From contig NW_024704743.1 of assembly GCF_018977255.1 (NCBI RefSeq), positions 106,580,001 through 106,644,000 of the forward strand: 64,000 nt of DNA, in the 5' to 3' direction. Each line of letters opens with the position of its first letter. Position 1 is the first letter of the stretch. A program made the translations under genes and the position numbers. Shown here piece after piece: positions 38,218-49,691 of this stretch. The DNA comes from Callorhinchus milii. Its lineage: Eukaryota. Below the pieces are notes generated by a model. It did no database searches. It was not told the origin of the DNA and saw nothing but the letters and a program-made list of their open reading frames with translations.

Positions 38218-39020
38218 CACCAACAACAATAACTTGCATTTATATAGTGCCCTTCACATAGGGTAGCATCCCAGAGCGCTTGACAGTGGTGTAGTTTTGG
38301 ATCAGTTGAATCCTGTGCATGGTGGAGCTGGATAGATTGGCAAAGAGAGTATTCGAGAAGACCAGTTGTGAGGTACAAAGACAAGGACGATTGTTTCTGC
38401 TGCATCTGGGGGAAGGTACAGTCGGAGGCAGGCAATGTGGTGGAGGTGGAGGAATATGGTCCTGGTCAAGGACTGGATGTGGGAAAGGAAGGACAGCTGT
38501 GGATCCATCCTGATGCCTAGGTTGCACACCGGTTCAGTAAGTCTGAGGGAGAGCCCAGAGAGGTCGAGGATGTCAGAGCCGCAGGATAGAAGACGTTGAT
38601 GGGAGCCAATGAATATAGCTTCTGTCTTGTCAACATTGAGTTGTATGAAGTTTTCGCTCATCCAGGCCCTGATGTCCGCCAGACAAGCTGAGAGAACATC
38701 AGCGGGCCTAGAGATGCAGGTAGAGGAGAAGTAGATTTGTGTGTCATTCGCATACATGTGGAAGTTTACCTTACGTCTGCGGATGAACATAAGAACATAA
38801 GAAATGCAAGACGAAAAAAGACCAAGGTCCATCTAGTTCGCCTTCCATCTTCCTGGCAGTTGCATGCACATATGTCCCAAACTACCTATATACAATATCC
38901 CATAATGTTATTTCCTAAAAGAAAACTATCTAATCTATATGCTCCCTCTTGGATGACATTGCCAAGAGGAAGCATATAAATGAGGAAGAGGAGGGGGCCA
39001 AGAATGGAGCCCCAGGTACA
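38218..39020 (-). mobile_element. L2 fragment with an internal deletion and a nested CR1-type tail (~38786-38930)
   Basis: FHMYANDTQIY and [17 protein letters not shown] are separated by an (AACATAAG)2 CR1-like tail insertion. Confidence 0.85.
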
Positions 39021-40429
39021 CTGTGAACTGCAAATACTGCAGTTTACAGTTCTGTGAGATATCTTGATGACATGATGAGCTATATCAAATGCAAGAATTA
39101 TCTTTTTATTAATATTTACGAACATATTATTTTTTCCTTTACCTTCTTACCCCCCAAAAAATCTCATCTCTTTGAATTGTTTCTGTCTGTTATCTGTCCC
39201 CTTATGTTAGAACACAAAAACATCTGTTATCCAGCCTTTTGGTTCAGTACCATTTCATATTCTGAATGTAGAAATTAGATTGCCACAGCATTTTGATTTC
39301 ATTATTGCATTTTTAATTTGATGTTAATCTTTTCATTGATTCCGTCTGGTTTAATGTAACATATTATTTCAGTTGCTCCAAAAAAGGAAAATATCAGCAT
39401 ACAAAAAGTCAATTATTTGCAATCATTTCCCCAAGGGTTTATTTTCATTCTTTTATCACCTTAAGACCTTTCTCTTTGATAGTTAAATCCCTATGGCTCA
39501 CACGAATTTACCTATTGTGAAAATTATCCTTTGAAAAATCTCCCACGCCACTGAGTTATATTCATAAACTGACCGGATATATTAGTTGGTCTATTATGTT
39601 GGTATTGCTTACAAAGTAGGCTAGGTTGTTGAGAGAAGGATATGGCCAGTTTGGTATAGTTGCAGGAGGGGCTGAGGTAGGGTGGATCAACTCCATGGAG
39701 GGAATTCAAGTTGAGAATGAGGATCATGTATTCAGTGCTCTGATGAATGCCAGGGGAGCCAAGTGAGGTTGGGGGTAATAGGCTCCCCCATGGAGTCTGG
39801 TGCGGGAGAGGGATACAATTAAGTCAAGTCATACTGCATATTCTCAATGTTAAATGGTATACACCACTGGCTCACTTATGCTGTCCAACTTGATGGTAAA
39901 TTGCTGCTATTTCGACAGATATTTGCTGTCAATCATGCTATAAACATGGAATGAGCCAGTGTGAATCATGCTGGAGTCCCATTCCTAACAGCCACCTGCA
40001 TGAGGTGTCTGCAGTGAGGTTCACACCCACACAGTAAAAACTCAACAGGTGTGAATTGCATCAGACTCACTCCCCTATACTCCGCTGAATGAGCAATCCA
40101 CAGAACTTCTGCTCTTTCATCACCAATTTTTAGAGGTAGTATGACAAAATAAAAGCTTACTTAATTTGCACTAAATATTTATCAATAATATATTCAGGCT
40201 TCAACAAATCAGTGTAAATTATTTGTTTCATCTGCATACATTTCATCTGCTTAATGTTTCGTCCTGTAATGTATTAAAGAGAATTAAGCCTGTATCAGAA
40301 ATGCAAAATAAAACTAGAAATGTATAGCAGGTCAATTAACACCTGAAAGAGAGGCACATCTGTTCTGATGAAGGATTGACTTGTTGATCATTACCAGCAC
40401 CTTCTGGTAATGAAGGTTGTATAAGCCGA

Positions 40430-40870
40430 CAGATAGCCTGACTCAGCTGAGTCAGAAGGTTGCGAGTTGAAGCCCCACACAAAGACATGGGGTTCACATT
40501 CTAGGCCAGCACTGCAATGAGGTCTAAAAGTTTGCTGCATTGTCATTGTAACCTTCGGATGAGCTGTTATACCGAAGTTCTGTCTGCCAGGTCCACCTGT
40601 TCAGGTGGGCGTTAAAGATCCCATGGAAGATCCTATTCAAAAAGGAAAAGGAGTTTGGAGTTTCTCCCAGGTTGTCTAGTCAACAATCTCCAGGATAAAT
40701 TGATCATTCACATCATGACTATCTGTGGAACATTGCTGTGCGCAAATTGGTTGTTGGTTTCCCCATAAACCACAGTCAGAACATTTTAAAATATATCCTG
40801 TGAAGTACTTTAAGACATCTTCCCAACGTGAAATGGGCTATACCAATTGTAAGAATTATTTATTATTATT
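40430..40870 (+). mobile_element. Deu-domain SINE
   Basis: CTGAGTCAGAAGGTTG head; CTGTTCAGGTGGGCGTTAAAGATCCCATGG; TTGCTGTGCGCAAATTGG; (TTA)n tail. Confidence 0.85.
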
Positions 40871-40973
40871 TCAGATTTCTGCAATCTCAGTTTGATTTCT
40901 GTTTCTGCAATTCGGAAACACCATATTTTGGTATTAGCATTAACAAAAATTAACCTTAAAAAGCCCTGTCAAG

Positions 40974-41174
40974 AAATTCTACCTGAGTCTACATTTACTC
41001 TATTTTATAGCATTCTAGCATTCGACAAATTGTTGAATTCTGTCTTGACTTTGAAGTTGGTTTTCTGTACCCTTAAAAGAACCTTACAGAAAAAACAGCT
41101 TCAGAATTAAGAAAGTATTCTAGATGCTTTAATATGTTACATAAATAGAGTAAATCTAGACCCAGATGGAATTT
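40974..41174. mobile_element. Fold-back MITE-like element (~200 bp)
   Basis: Terminal 32-nt arms match 28/32 (AAATTCTACCTGAGTCTACATTTACTCTATTT vs reverse complement of AAATAGAGTAAATCTAGACCCAGATGGAATTT); inner arms also pair. Confidence 0.75.
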
Positions 41175-41180
41175 TACAAA

Positions 41181-41441
41181 TAAACAAAATTACATTTGTA
41201 TAGCGCCTTTCACATCAGGAGGACATCCCAAAGCACTGGACAATCAATGTTTCGGACCGGAGTTGGCGTGTCAGGATCAAGGAGGGTGGAGGGAAAGGGG
41301 GGAAGGAGGATGACCGAGGCACGGTCGAAGAGGAGGGTCTTGAGATGGGTCTTGAAGGAGGCAACGGAGTAGGCGAGGTGGAGGGACTATGTGATGGAGT
41401 TCCAGAAGGTGGAGGTAGAGTGACTGAAGGCTCACCCGTCA
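41181..41441 (-). mobile_element. L2 3' end
   Basis: ATTACATTTGTATAGCGCCTTTCACATCAGGAGGACATCCC...; same family as 35406-35629. Confidence 0.88.
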
Positions 41442-41545
41442 TTTTACCCCTCAGGTCTTCTATTTTATGATTGATGATGAGGGCAAAAATCTTTGCTTCT
41501 CCTCCCCACTCCCCAATCTAAGTTAAAGGGAGCAAATTGCAACTT

Positions 41546-41698
41546 ACAACAACAATAATAAAATTACATTTATAGAGTGCCTTTCATGTCGGGAGGACTT
41601 CCCAAAGTGCTGAATAGTCAGGTATCGGGGCCCAAGCATGGGGGAGGGGTGGTGTAGGGGTTGAGGAAAGGCAGAGAGATGGGAGGGCGACCAAAGAC
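41546..41698 (-). mobile_element. L2 3' tail
   Basis: (CAA)n...GCCTTTCATGTCGGGAGGACTTCCCAAAG. Confidence 0.75.
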
Positions 41699-43144
41699 CA
41701 AACTTAATTCAACATGTAAGTGTTCACCACTTATTGTGGAACAATTGTCTCATTTAGTTTACATCTTCTCCCTATAAAGGATCTTAAAATATATGCTATC
41801 TTTATTGAATGCATGCAACAGTTTTTTTTCATAGGCTTATCACTATTATTGAAATAACAGCTTCAAAGTAATTTCAATTAACTGCTCTGTGAAAAATAAA
41901 CAGCAGCGAGTAGTTTTAATAATGTGCCAAACCCTATTAATTAAACCAACAAACACCAAAGTGAACTATCCAATTAGATGTGGCTGTGGTTGGGAATAAC
42001 TGAACAGCTGTCCACTCTATAATTCAGGGATTTTAATGCATTGAAAGAAAAAACAAAATAAAGTGGATTAAAGATCAAAGCAGATAAAACAATTACATTT
42101 ATTTGTTAGAGTCTGTAAATATTTTCCACACAATTTTTTTTATTGGGTTTTGTACGGTTCATCCACAAAACACATAATACAGTATATCCTGTGAAGGACA
42201 CAAAATATCTTGTGATTTGCCCCTCCAGGTCTTGCACTTTACAATATATGCTGGCACGCTCTCCCAACATGAAAAGCGCAATACCTAATGTAAAGATTAT
42301 TATTAATTTTATTATTATGGGAGTACTTAAATCAACACAATAATGAAATCTCACCTATGAAAAACTCATCCCCTCCTCACCATACATATACACATGCAAA
42401 ATACACATCCATCTAGTATTCATCAATAAACTATTTATCAGATTTTCAAATCATCTCCTGGCGACTGGGACTAATTCAAGAAAGGAATAAATGCTGGTGT
42501 TTTCCCTTCATAATACTCCCTGGTAGGGGATTTCAACTGATCTCATACCACCCTTTCATCCTTGTTGATGATTCACCCAGTGGTGAGTAGAGGATTCCAG
42601 ATTCACATGACTCTAGCAGGAGCTGTATTCCTCTTTCATCTCTTGTCTTCTTCAACTGAGTAGTATTTTTCCCAAGGGACATGAGGATTTTGACCTTTGA
42701 TTTCTTCCCACCCATTTACAGAAAACAGCTAATGGTAAGTAAGAGATCCAGAGGAGGAATAGCAGTGTTTTCATTGCTCTGTCAGCAAGGCAAACTTCAT
42801 TCTTACTCATTCAGTGATCCCTGAGATATACGCTCGTGGATGGCTGTAGTACCTTCTTCATCTGTACCTCTCTTGTGATTTTGTTCAGTGAGATCTGAAG
42901 GAAGTGGTAACACGGGCAACAACCTGCTAACAAATCTTTTCAACTCAGATGGAGCTCCATATCATAGAAACATTTCTATTTCCACCAAGTCAGGACCAAA
43001 TTTCATTCAAGCTAAATGTTTCAGAATGTGAAGAGCCTGCTTTATATTTGATGCTCAATGTTTCAAACAGATTTTTCCAGTTATGGCCCTGAACTGTTTG
43101 CATCAGTCCCTACATCTCTTTTGTCTTAGCCTTCCTATCGTATT

Positions 43145-43350
43145 TCCATTTCTACTAACGGCTTCTCCCCAGCCCCTGCACCATCACTTGTGTCGTTCCT
43201 CAGGGCTCTGTCCTTGGTCCCTCCTTTTCAACATTTATATGTTCCCTCTTGGTGTCATCATCCGTAGACATGGGTCAACTTCCCAACTCTCTCTCTCTGC
43301 CTCCACCTTCGACTCCAGGACCACTACTGTCCTGACAGATTGTTTATCTT
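43145..43350 (+). mobile_element. L2 RT fragment
   Basis: GTTCCTCAGGGCTCTGTCCTTGGTCC (VPQGSVLG) and FNIYMFPLGVIIRRHG. Confidence 0.8.
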
Positions 43351-44221
43351 GTACTGATAAACTGATTTGATTCCAGCAGGACCCTTATAATGCACTTTGG
43401 GGTCTCTCAATGCTTTGGCCTCTCCCAATCTGTACCTATTTGCACTAGTTATAGGCAAACACCCTGCCCCTGAGAGAGATTGCACCTTCCAGAACTGCAG
43501 ATAGAAACTCTGCTTTGTGACTTCTCAGGAGTTGGAATTGGAGATTGTTACGGATGCCAAGAGATTTCTGTGTGCATCAGATTCCTGCCTTACTATAAAA
43601 AGTGTTATCTTACAGCAAAAATAAAATGAACTTGTTTTTGGTGATGTACAGCTAGACTTACATTGTGGTATTACAGTATATCTGTCACATGCTTGATGAT
43701 TTTCTATCAGGGGAGTTCGTTGATATTTAGTCTGGCAGATATTGATATTTAATTTTGTAACTTCTGCCTTGGTCTGATCAAGCTGTCACTCTGTATACTA
43801 AAATGACCTACCTAAAGCCATCTGTATTCGTTCTATTGAAAAGTCTGTCTTAAGACATTATCCTGACTTTCTCCTTTAGGTGCCGATTGATCTCCCTGTT
43901 CAATTCCAGCACATGACTCATGTTGTGTTTGAAATTGCTTCCTTTAATCTATATATTGAGTCCAGATCCATCAATGAAAACAGCAGCTCAGGGTAACTGG
44001 TGTGAGATTTAGCTCTCATTGCTGATTTCAGCAACAATCATTCATGGTCTTTCAGGGGATCATTATTTCTGACAAATATTTTCATTCCTTGTTTCCTCGA
44101 CTATCAACACTAATGGGTATCATATTAACAGTTGAACAAAAACTAGTTGCAAACCATCGTTTCCCCTATGTATCTTTAACTGCTGTCTTTGTCAGCTTGC
44201 TTTATTCTTTGTGAAAGTGTT

Positions 44222-45020
44222 AATAACAACAACAACTTGGATTTATATAGAGTCCTCCACGCCGTACAGAGTCTCAGAGCGCTTCACAATAACGGATCCC
44301 GGGACTGAGCCAGGGGGAGGGGGAGGAAGGTGACCAAAGGCACAGTGGAAAAGAAAGATCTTTAGCTGAGACCTGAAAATAGAAAGAAAGGGGACAAGGC
44401 GAAGGGAGTGAGGAAGGGAGCTCCAGAGCCTCGAGGCATAGAGGCTGAAGGCACGGCCGCTGATGGTGGAGCGGAGGATTCAGGGGACAAGGAGGAGGCC
44501 AGACCCAGTGGAGTGAAGGCAACGATCACTGTTGTGAGCAGAGAGGAGATCAGAAAGGTAGGGGGGGTGCAGAGGAGTGGAGGGATTTGAAGACAAGAGT
44601 GAGGATCTTGAAGTCGATCCTCTCTGGGACAGGCAGCCAGTGCAGTCTGGCAAGGACTGGGGTAATCGGGGAGCGGAGTTTGGTGTGGGTAAGAATGCGG
44701 TCAGCAGAGTTCTGGATGACCTGGATTTTCTGAATGAGGGGAGGGCATTTGAATAGTCCAGCCGAGAGGTGACAAAGGCATGGACCAGGGTTTCAGCATC
44801 TTTTGGGGTGAGACATTGGTGGAGACGGGTGATGCGTCGGAGGTGGAATAAAGCTGTGCTGGTGAGGGACTGGGTGTGGGGGAGGAAGGATAATTCGGGG
44901 TTGAACCCGATGCCTAGATTGCGTACGGTTTCAGAGATTTTAGGGGGAGGTCGAGTAGGTGGAGGAGGTGAAGACCGTGTGATTTAAGATGTTGACGAAA
45001 GCCAAAGAGTATGGCTTCCA
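44222..45020 (-). mobile_element. L2 3' fragment
   Basis: (CAA)n tail; colinear with 21838-22430 (same subfamily); EAILFGFRQHL. Confidence 0.92.
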
Positions 45021-45231
45021 TAATACGAAATGTTAATACAGTGAAGTAACCTTTCCTTTCACATATAATTGAAATACTTTGAATCTCTCCAAGATTATAT
45101 ATTTTGTTTGATTTTATTTTTCCAATAGTGTGCTCTTTACATAACGATCCAACAACGCCTTGCACCATCAGTCAATAAAGAATAGCACAGCTAACATTTG
45201 ACTCATATTGCTTTAGAAGCAAAAGCACCAG

Positions 45232-45731
45232 GCTTCGCGACCACATCACTCCCACCCTCGCTCACCTCCACTGGCTCCCCATCCCCCAGAGGATCGAATT
45301 CAAGATCCTCATCCTCACCTACAAGACCATTCACGTCCTTGCTCCCTCCCACCTCTCCGACCTACTATCCCCCTAGTTACCTGCCCGTACCCTCCGTTCC
45401 TCTGGCTCCGGTCTGCTCCACATCCCCCGCCCCAACCGCCCTACAATCGGTGGCCGGGCCTTCAGCCTCTCAGCCCCTAGGCTCTGGAACTCCATCCCCC
45501 AGTGCCTTCGCCTTGCTTCCTCCCTTTCCTCCTTCAAGGCCGGTCTCAAGACCTTTCTCTTCGACTGTGCCTTCAGCTCCCCTCTCGACTCTCTACACCC
45601 TCCTCGCTCCCTCCCTTCCCTCCCCTCACCCTGACCATTTCTCCTGCTCGGGTCCCGACCCAACTGTCCAGCGTCTTGGGACGTCCTCCCGACGTGAAAG
45701 GCGCTCTATAAATGAAATCTTGTTGTTGTTG
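45232..45731 (+). mobile_element. Young L2 3' fragment with (TTG)n tail
   Basis: DHITPTLAHLHWLPIPQRIEFKILILTYK-type L2 C-terminus; stem-loop GGGACGTCCTCCCGACGTGAAAGGCGC. Confidence 0.93.
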
Positions 45732-46094
45732 TATGCTCCAATTCATGGATTTCAGTGATAACTTCTTTATTGATGTGCTTCTCTTTTCAAAGCAATTGAT
45801 TCTATTATATTTTCTCTCTCGAATCTCTCTGTGATCTACACATTCCTTGCTTCCAAAATAAGATGGAGACTTTAAACCATGGTCCTGCTCATGTAGATGT
45901 TAAATTTGAAAAGATGCTATTTGAAAAGAGGAGGGAGTAAATTTCGGATGAGAAGGGAGAATTTAAACCGTGGAAAAGGTGCCATGTTTATTTGAAATAG
46001 CAGATTGTTACACAGTCAGATGTTCTCTTGAAACACATGCCTTTCACGTAGGATCAGTGTCTCTGATCAATCAAAATCCCACAGGCTGACCAGT

Positions 46095-46365
46095 GAAGGT
46101 GAGCCTTCAGCCACTCTGCCCCCAACCTCTGGAATTCCATCCCCCAGTCACTCCGCCTTGCCCTCTCCTTAGCCTCCTTCAAGTCCCGCCTCAAGACCCT
46201 CTTCTTCGGCTATGGAATCGGCCACCTCCCTTCCCCTCCCCTCCCTTACCCTCCTTAACCCCAGCTCGTGTCTGAAATGCTGTACTCTGTCCAGCGCCTT
46301 GGGACATCCTCCCAACGTGAAAGGCGCTATACAAATGTAATCTTGTTGTTGTAGTTGTTGTTGTT
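46095..46365 (+). mobile_element. L2 3' end
   Basis: Colinear with 18445-18709; (TTG)n tail. Confidence 0.9.
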
Positions 46366-46856
46366 GGGGGGAGGAGGGAAGAAGTGTATTTATGGGTGTG
46401 ATTTCCACCTAGAATTATTTGATCCGACTCACTGGTTCTTCTCCCAACTCTTCCTCAATCCGAGGCCAGCACAGACTAGTTAGGCCAAATGGTTAGCTTC
46501 CATGCTGTACAGCTTACTTACTTTTATGTCCTGGCATTTTGGCCAACAAGTCCCCATATGAAATTGGTCATTCACTTCATGGTTGTTTGTCAGACATGGC
46601 TCTACGCAAATTGACTGTCCCGTTTGCCGACAAAATGCACATTCGTTATACTTGACAGTAATTCTTGTGAAGCATTTTGAGTTACTTTCCCCACTTGAGA
46701 GGCGCTATATCAAATGCAAGGATTATTATTTTCAAATCATACCTAAAAACCTGCCTCTTTGACTGGGTCAAGTTATCTTCCCTTCCTCCTTTCCACATAC
46801 ACTATGACCTCTATACTCTATTACATTATTGTGAAGTGTTCCGAGACAGTATCCTA

Positions 46857-47860
46857 CATGACTAGGGCTGTTTCCGTGCTGTGTGCTGCGCCGAAGCCAG
46901 ATTGGAGGAGTTCTAAGAGGGAATGGCGAGAGAGAAAGGAGCGGAGCTGGGATGTGCTGATTTGTTTCAGGACCTTGGAGAGGAATGGGAGGTTAGAGAT
47001 GAGGCGGTAGCTGGAGAGGAGGGATGGATCCAGGGAAGGTTTATTCAGGATGGGGGTGATGACGGCTGTTTTTAGGGGGGGAGGGAACTGAACCGGTGGA
47101 CAGGGAGAGGTTGATGACATCGGATAGGAAGGGGGCCAGAAGGTAGAGCTGGGAGATGAGGAGAGAGGTGGGGATGGGATCAAGGGAGCAGGTGGTTTGA
47201 GCTTGCAGACAGTCATGGTGAGGGAGGAGGGAGAGATAGGATAGAAGGAGTATAGGGGGGGATGGGTGGGGGGTGGGTCATGAGGGAGAGGTGATGTGGG
47301 GGTGGCTGTGGATGGGGCTGAGGTGGCTGAATGTATCCCCTCGATTTTAGATTCGAGGAAGTCCAGCATCTCCTCCCAGTTGGAGTTTGAGGAGAGGATG
47401 GGCGAGGTATGGGAAGGTGGATGGAGGAGACGGTTAGTGGTGGAAAAGAGAAGCCGGGGGTTGTCCTTTGCCTTCAAGATAACCTGAGTGGAAGGAGGAT
47501 TTGGCGGAGGCAGGAGCCCAGTGGTAGATCTTGCTGTGGTGAAACCAAATCTGCCGATGGACCGTAAGTTTGGATTTGGTCCAGGCGCGTTCGGCAGCTC
47601 GCACTTGTGCCTTGAGGGAGTGGAGATGGCTGGTGTACCAGGGGGATTTACGCGAGTATGAGGCAGTTCGGGAGGTGAAGGGGCAAGGGAATCCAGAATG
47701 GAGGAGAGGGGGTTGTGGAGAAAGGAGAGTGAGGAGGGGAGATCGGTCAGTGAGGCCCAGAGGTGTAGGAGTTCAGATGACTCGAGGGCAGTGGAGAGGG
47801 AGAGGGAGCAAATTTGTGGGAGGAAGGGTGAAAGTTGTTGAATAATTTCCAGGGGTATGG
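46857..47860 (-). mobile_element. L2 ORF2 central fragment (linker + RT N-terminus)
   Basis: ORF 46854..47477: NPRLLFSTTNRLL ... KTAVITPILNKPSLDPSLLSSYRLISNLPFLSKVL ... QSGFGAAHSTETAL. Confidence 0.92.
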
Positions 47861-48711
47861 GGGGAAAGGCAGGTGAATGGTATTGAATAGATCTTTATCT
47901 CAAAGAGCCAACACAGGCACAATGGGCCAAATGATCTTGTTTTCCCTGTAAATTTCTATGGTTCTTTATCACTTGGGTAGGTATTCAGACTGGGTAGGCT
48001 GAGGTCCATGAAAGCTTGGATATGTATGGCTGTAAAATTGGTGGGCTTGATGGGTCAAATAACCTTCTTTCATTCCAGGTTTTCTATGTTTTCACGTGTT
48101 TACTTTTCTATTTATTCGTGAGAGATAAGTGTAGTCTGCTGTCCTATTGTAACGGAACAGTGAGAGGTTGACCTTCACAAGAGAAAGCTAATTTTCTGTC
48201 CTGTGGAACCTTTTCTGTATTAGATCTCAATATGAATATTGCATATTGAAATTTGTGAAAGCTAACTGGTTGGAGCCTGCTGTGATAATGTAGATTTATA
48301 ATTAATTATATGCAACTAATAAACAGTGAAGGCAAGTGAGGGTAAGCACTGATAAATTGTCACCCTTCAAAGCAGTGAAATATTCTTAGGTTGTTTGATT
48401 TCAGGATCCAACTGAGACATCCTAAGCAAATGTCTTTGTTGTCTTATGTGTTGTGTCATAAAAGTCACTTCACAGCATTTTCCTTTGAATTTACCTATGG
48501 CATCTCTATGAGTGTATTTTTTTTAAAAAAACATCTAAGTGCAAATCTGTCAGCAGTTTTTAATAGTGTTTTTCTAATACTCTGACCGTATGTGAATCAC
48601 TGTGAATTTAAGTCTCTATCTTACTTGAAACAAAATAAATGTCTCTTGATTGAATATTTCTTGATTTGTGGCATAAATCTATGCTATTTTTTTATTTCTA
48701 TGATTATTTCT

Positions 48712-48937
48712 CTTTGACCGTGCCTTCAGCTCCCCTCTCGACTCTCTTCCTCCTCCTCGCTCCCTCCCTTCCCTTCCCTCACCCTGACCATTTCCCCCCT
48801 TCTCTCTCCCTCCTTCCTCCCTCACCCTGACCATTTCCCCCTGCTCGGGTCATGACCCAACTGTGCAGCGCCTTGGGACGTCCTCCTGACGTGAAAGGCG
48901 CTCTATAAGTGGAATCTTGTTGTTGTTGTTGTTGTTG
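48712..48937 (+). mobile_element. Young L2 3' UTR with internal duplication
   Basis: Matches 45557-45731 and the reverse complement of 37487-37675; CCCTCACCCTGACCATTTCCCC occurs twice. Confidence 0.9.
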
Positions 48938-48964
48938 TATTTTGTTGGGCAATCAAAAGGGTCA

Positions 48965-49430
48965 ATTCTGACACTCCAATGCTGGTGATCGATCACAGTG
49001 TTGGAAGTGCTGCCCTTTGAGATGAGATGTTAAACTGAGGTCCTGTCTGCCTGATCAGGAGGACGTTAACATTCCCATGGCACTAATTGGAGAGAGAGGG
49101 AATTCTCCCAATGTCCTGGTCAACAATCCTCCAAAACATAATTGGCCATTCACTTCATGGCTGTTTGTGGAGCATTGCTGTGTGCCTATTGGCCTCAGTG
49201 TTTAGCCAGAAATACCCACTTACTGCATTTTACAGTAAAATTTTATATAGTGTTTTGAGACTTGAATCCACGACAGTTTGTTGGACACTGCTGTGCGCGA
49301 TCGGTTGCCGTGTTTCACTCACAAAACAGACATTCGCTACACTTTACACTATATCCTGTGAAGCACTTTGAGACATCGCAACGACGTAATCAGGCGCTAT
49401 ATCAAATGCAAGGATTATTATTATTATTAT
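48965..49430 (+). mobile_element. Deu-domain SINE body followed directly by a tRNA-Ala SINE 3' half (from ~49263)
   Basis: GATGAGATGTTAAACTGAGGTCCTGTCTGCC Deu core, then AATCCACGACAGTTTG...GCAAGGATTATTA. Confidence 0.8.
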
Positions 49431-49691
49431 TCTCAACAATGTTAAAAGGGGTTATATCAAATGGAAGGATAAACATAAGAAAACAGTGCCACTTTGTGCA
49501 GTTTACATTTCTGTTACAGGAGTCAGGGCTGGCTCCAGCTGGTAAATGTGGCTTTAGTGATGCTCAGCTGTGTCTAATTGAGTTGGGACCTGAAACCTGT
49601 TCTAGTTTCTCAGAAAGCTTGAGGTTGATGGTCCCTGAAACTCTTCTGTTCATTGTCTGGGCTTGAATTCTAGGCACTAGCTGTATAGTTT

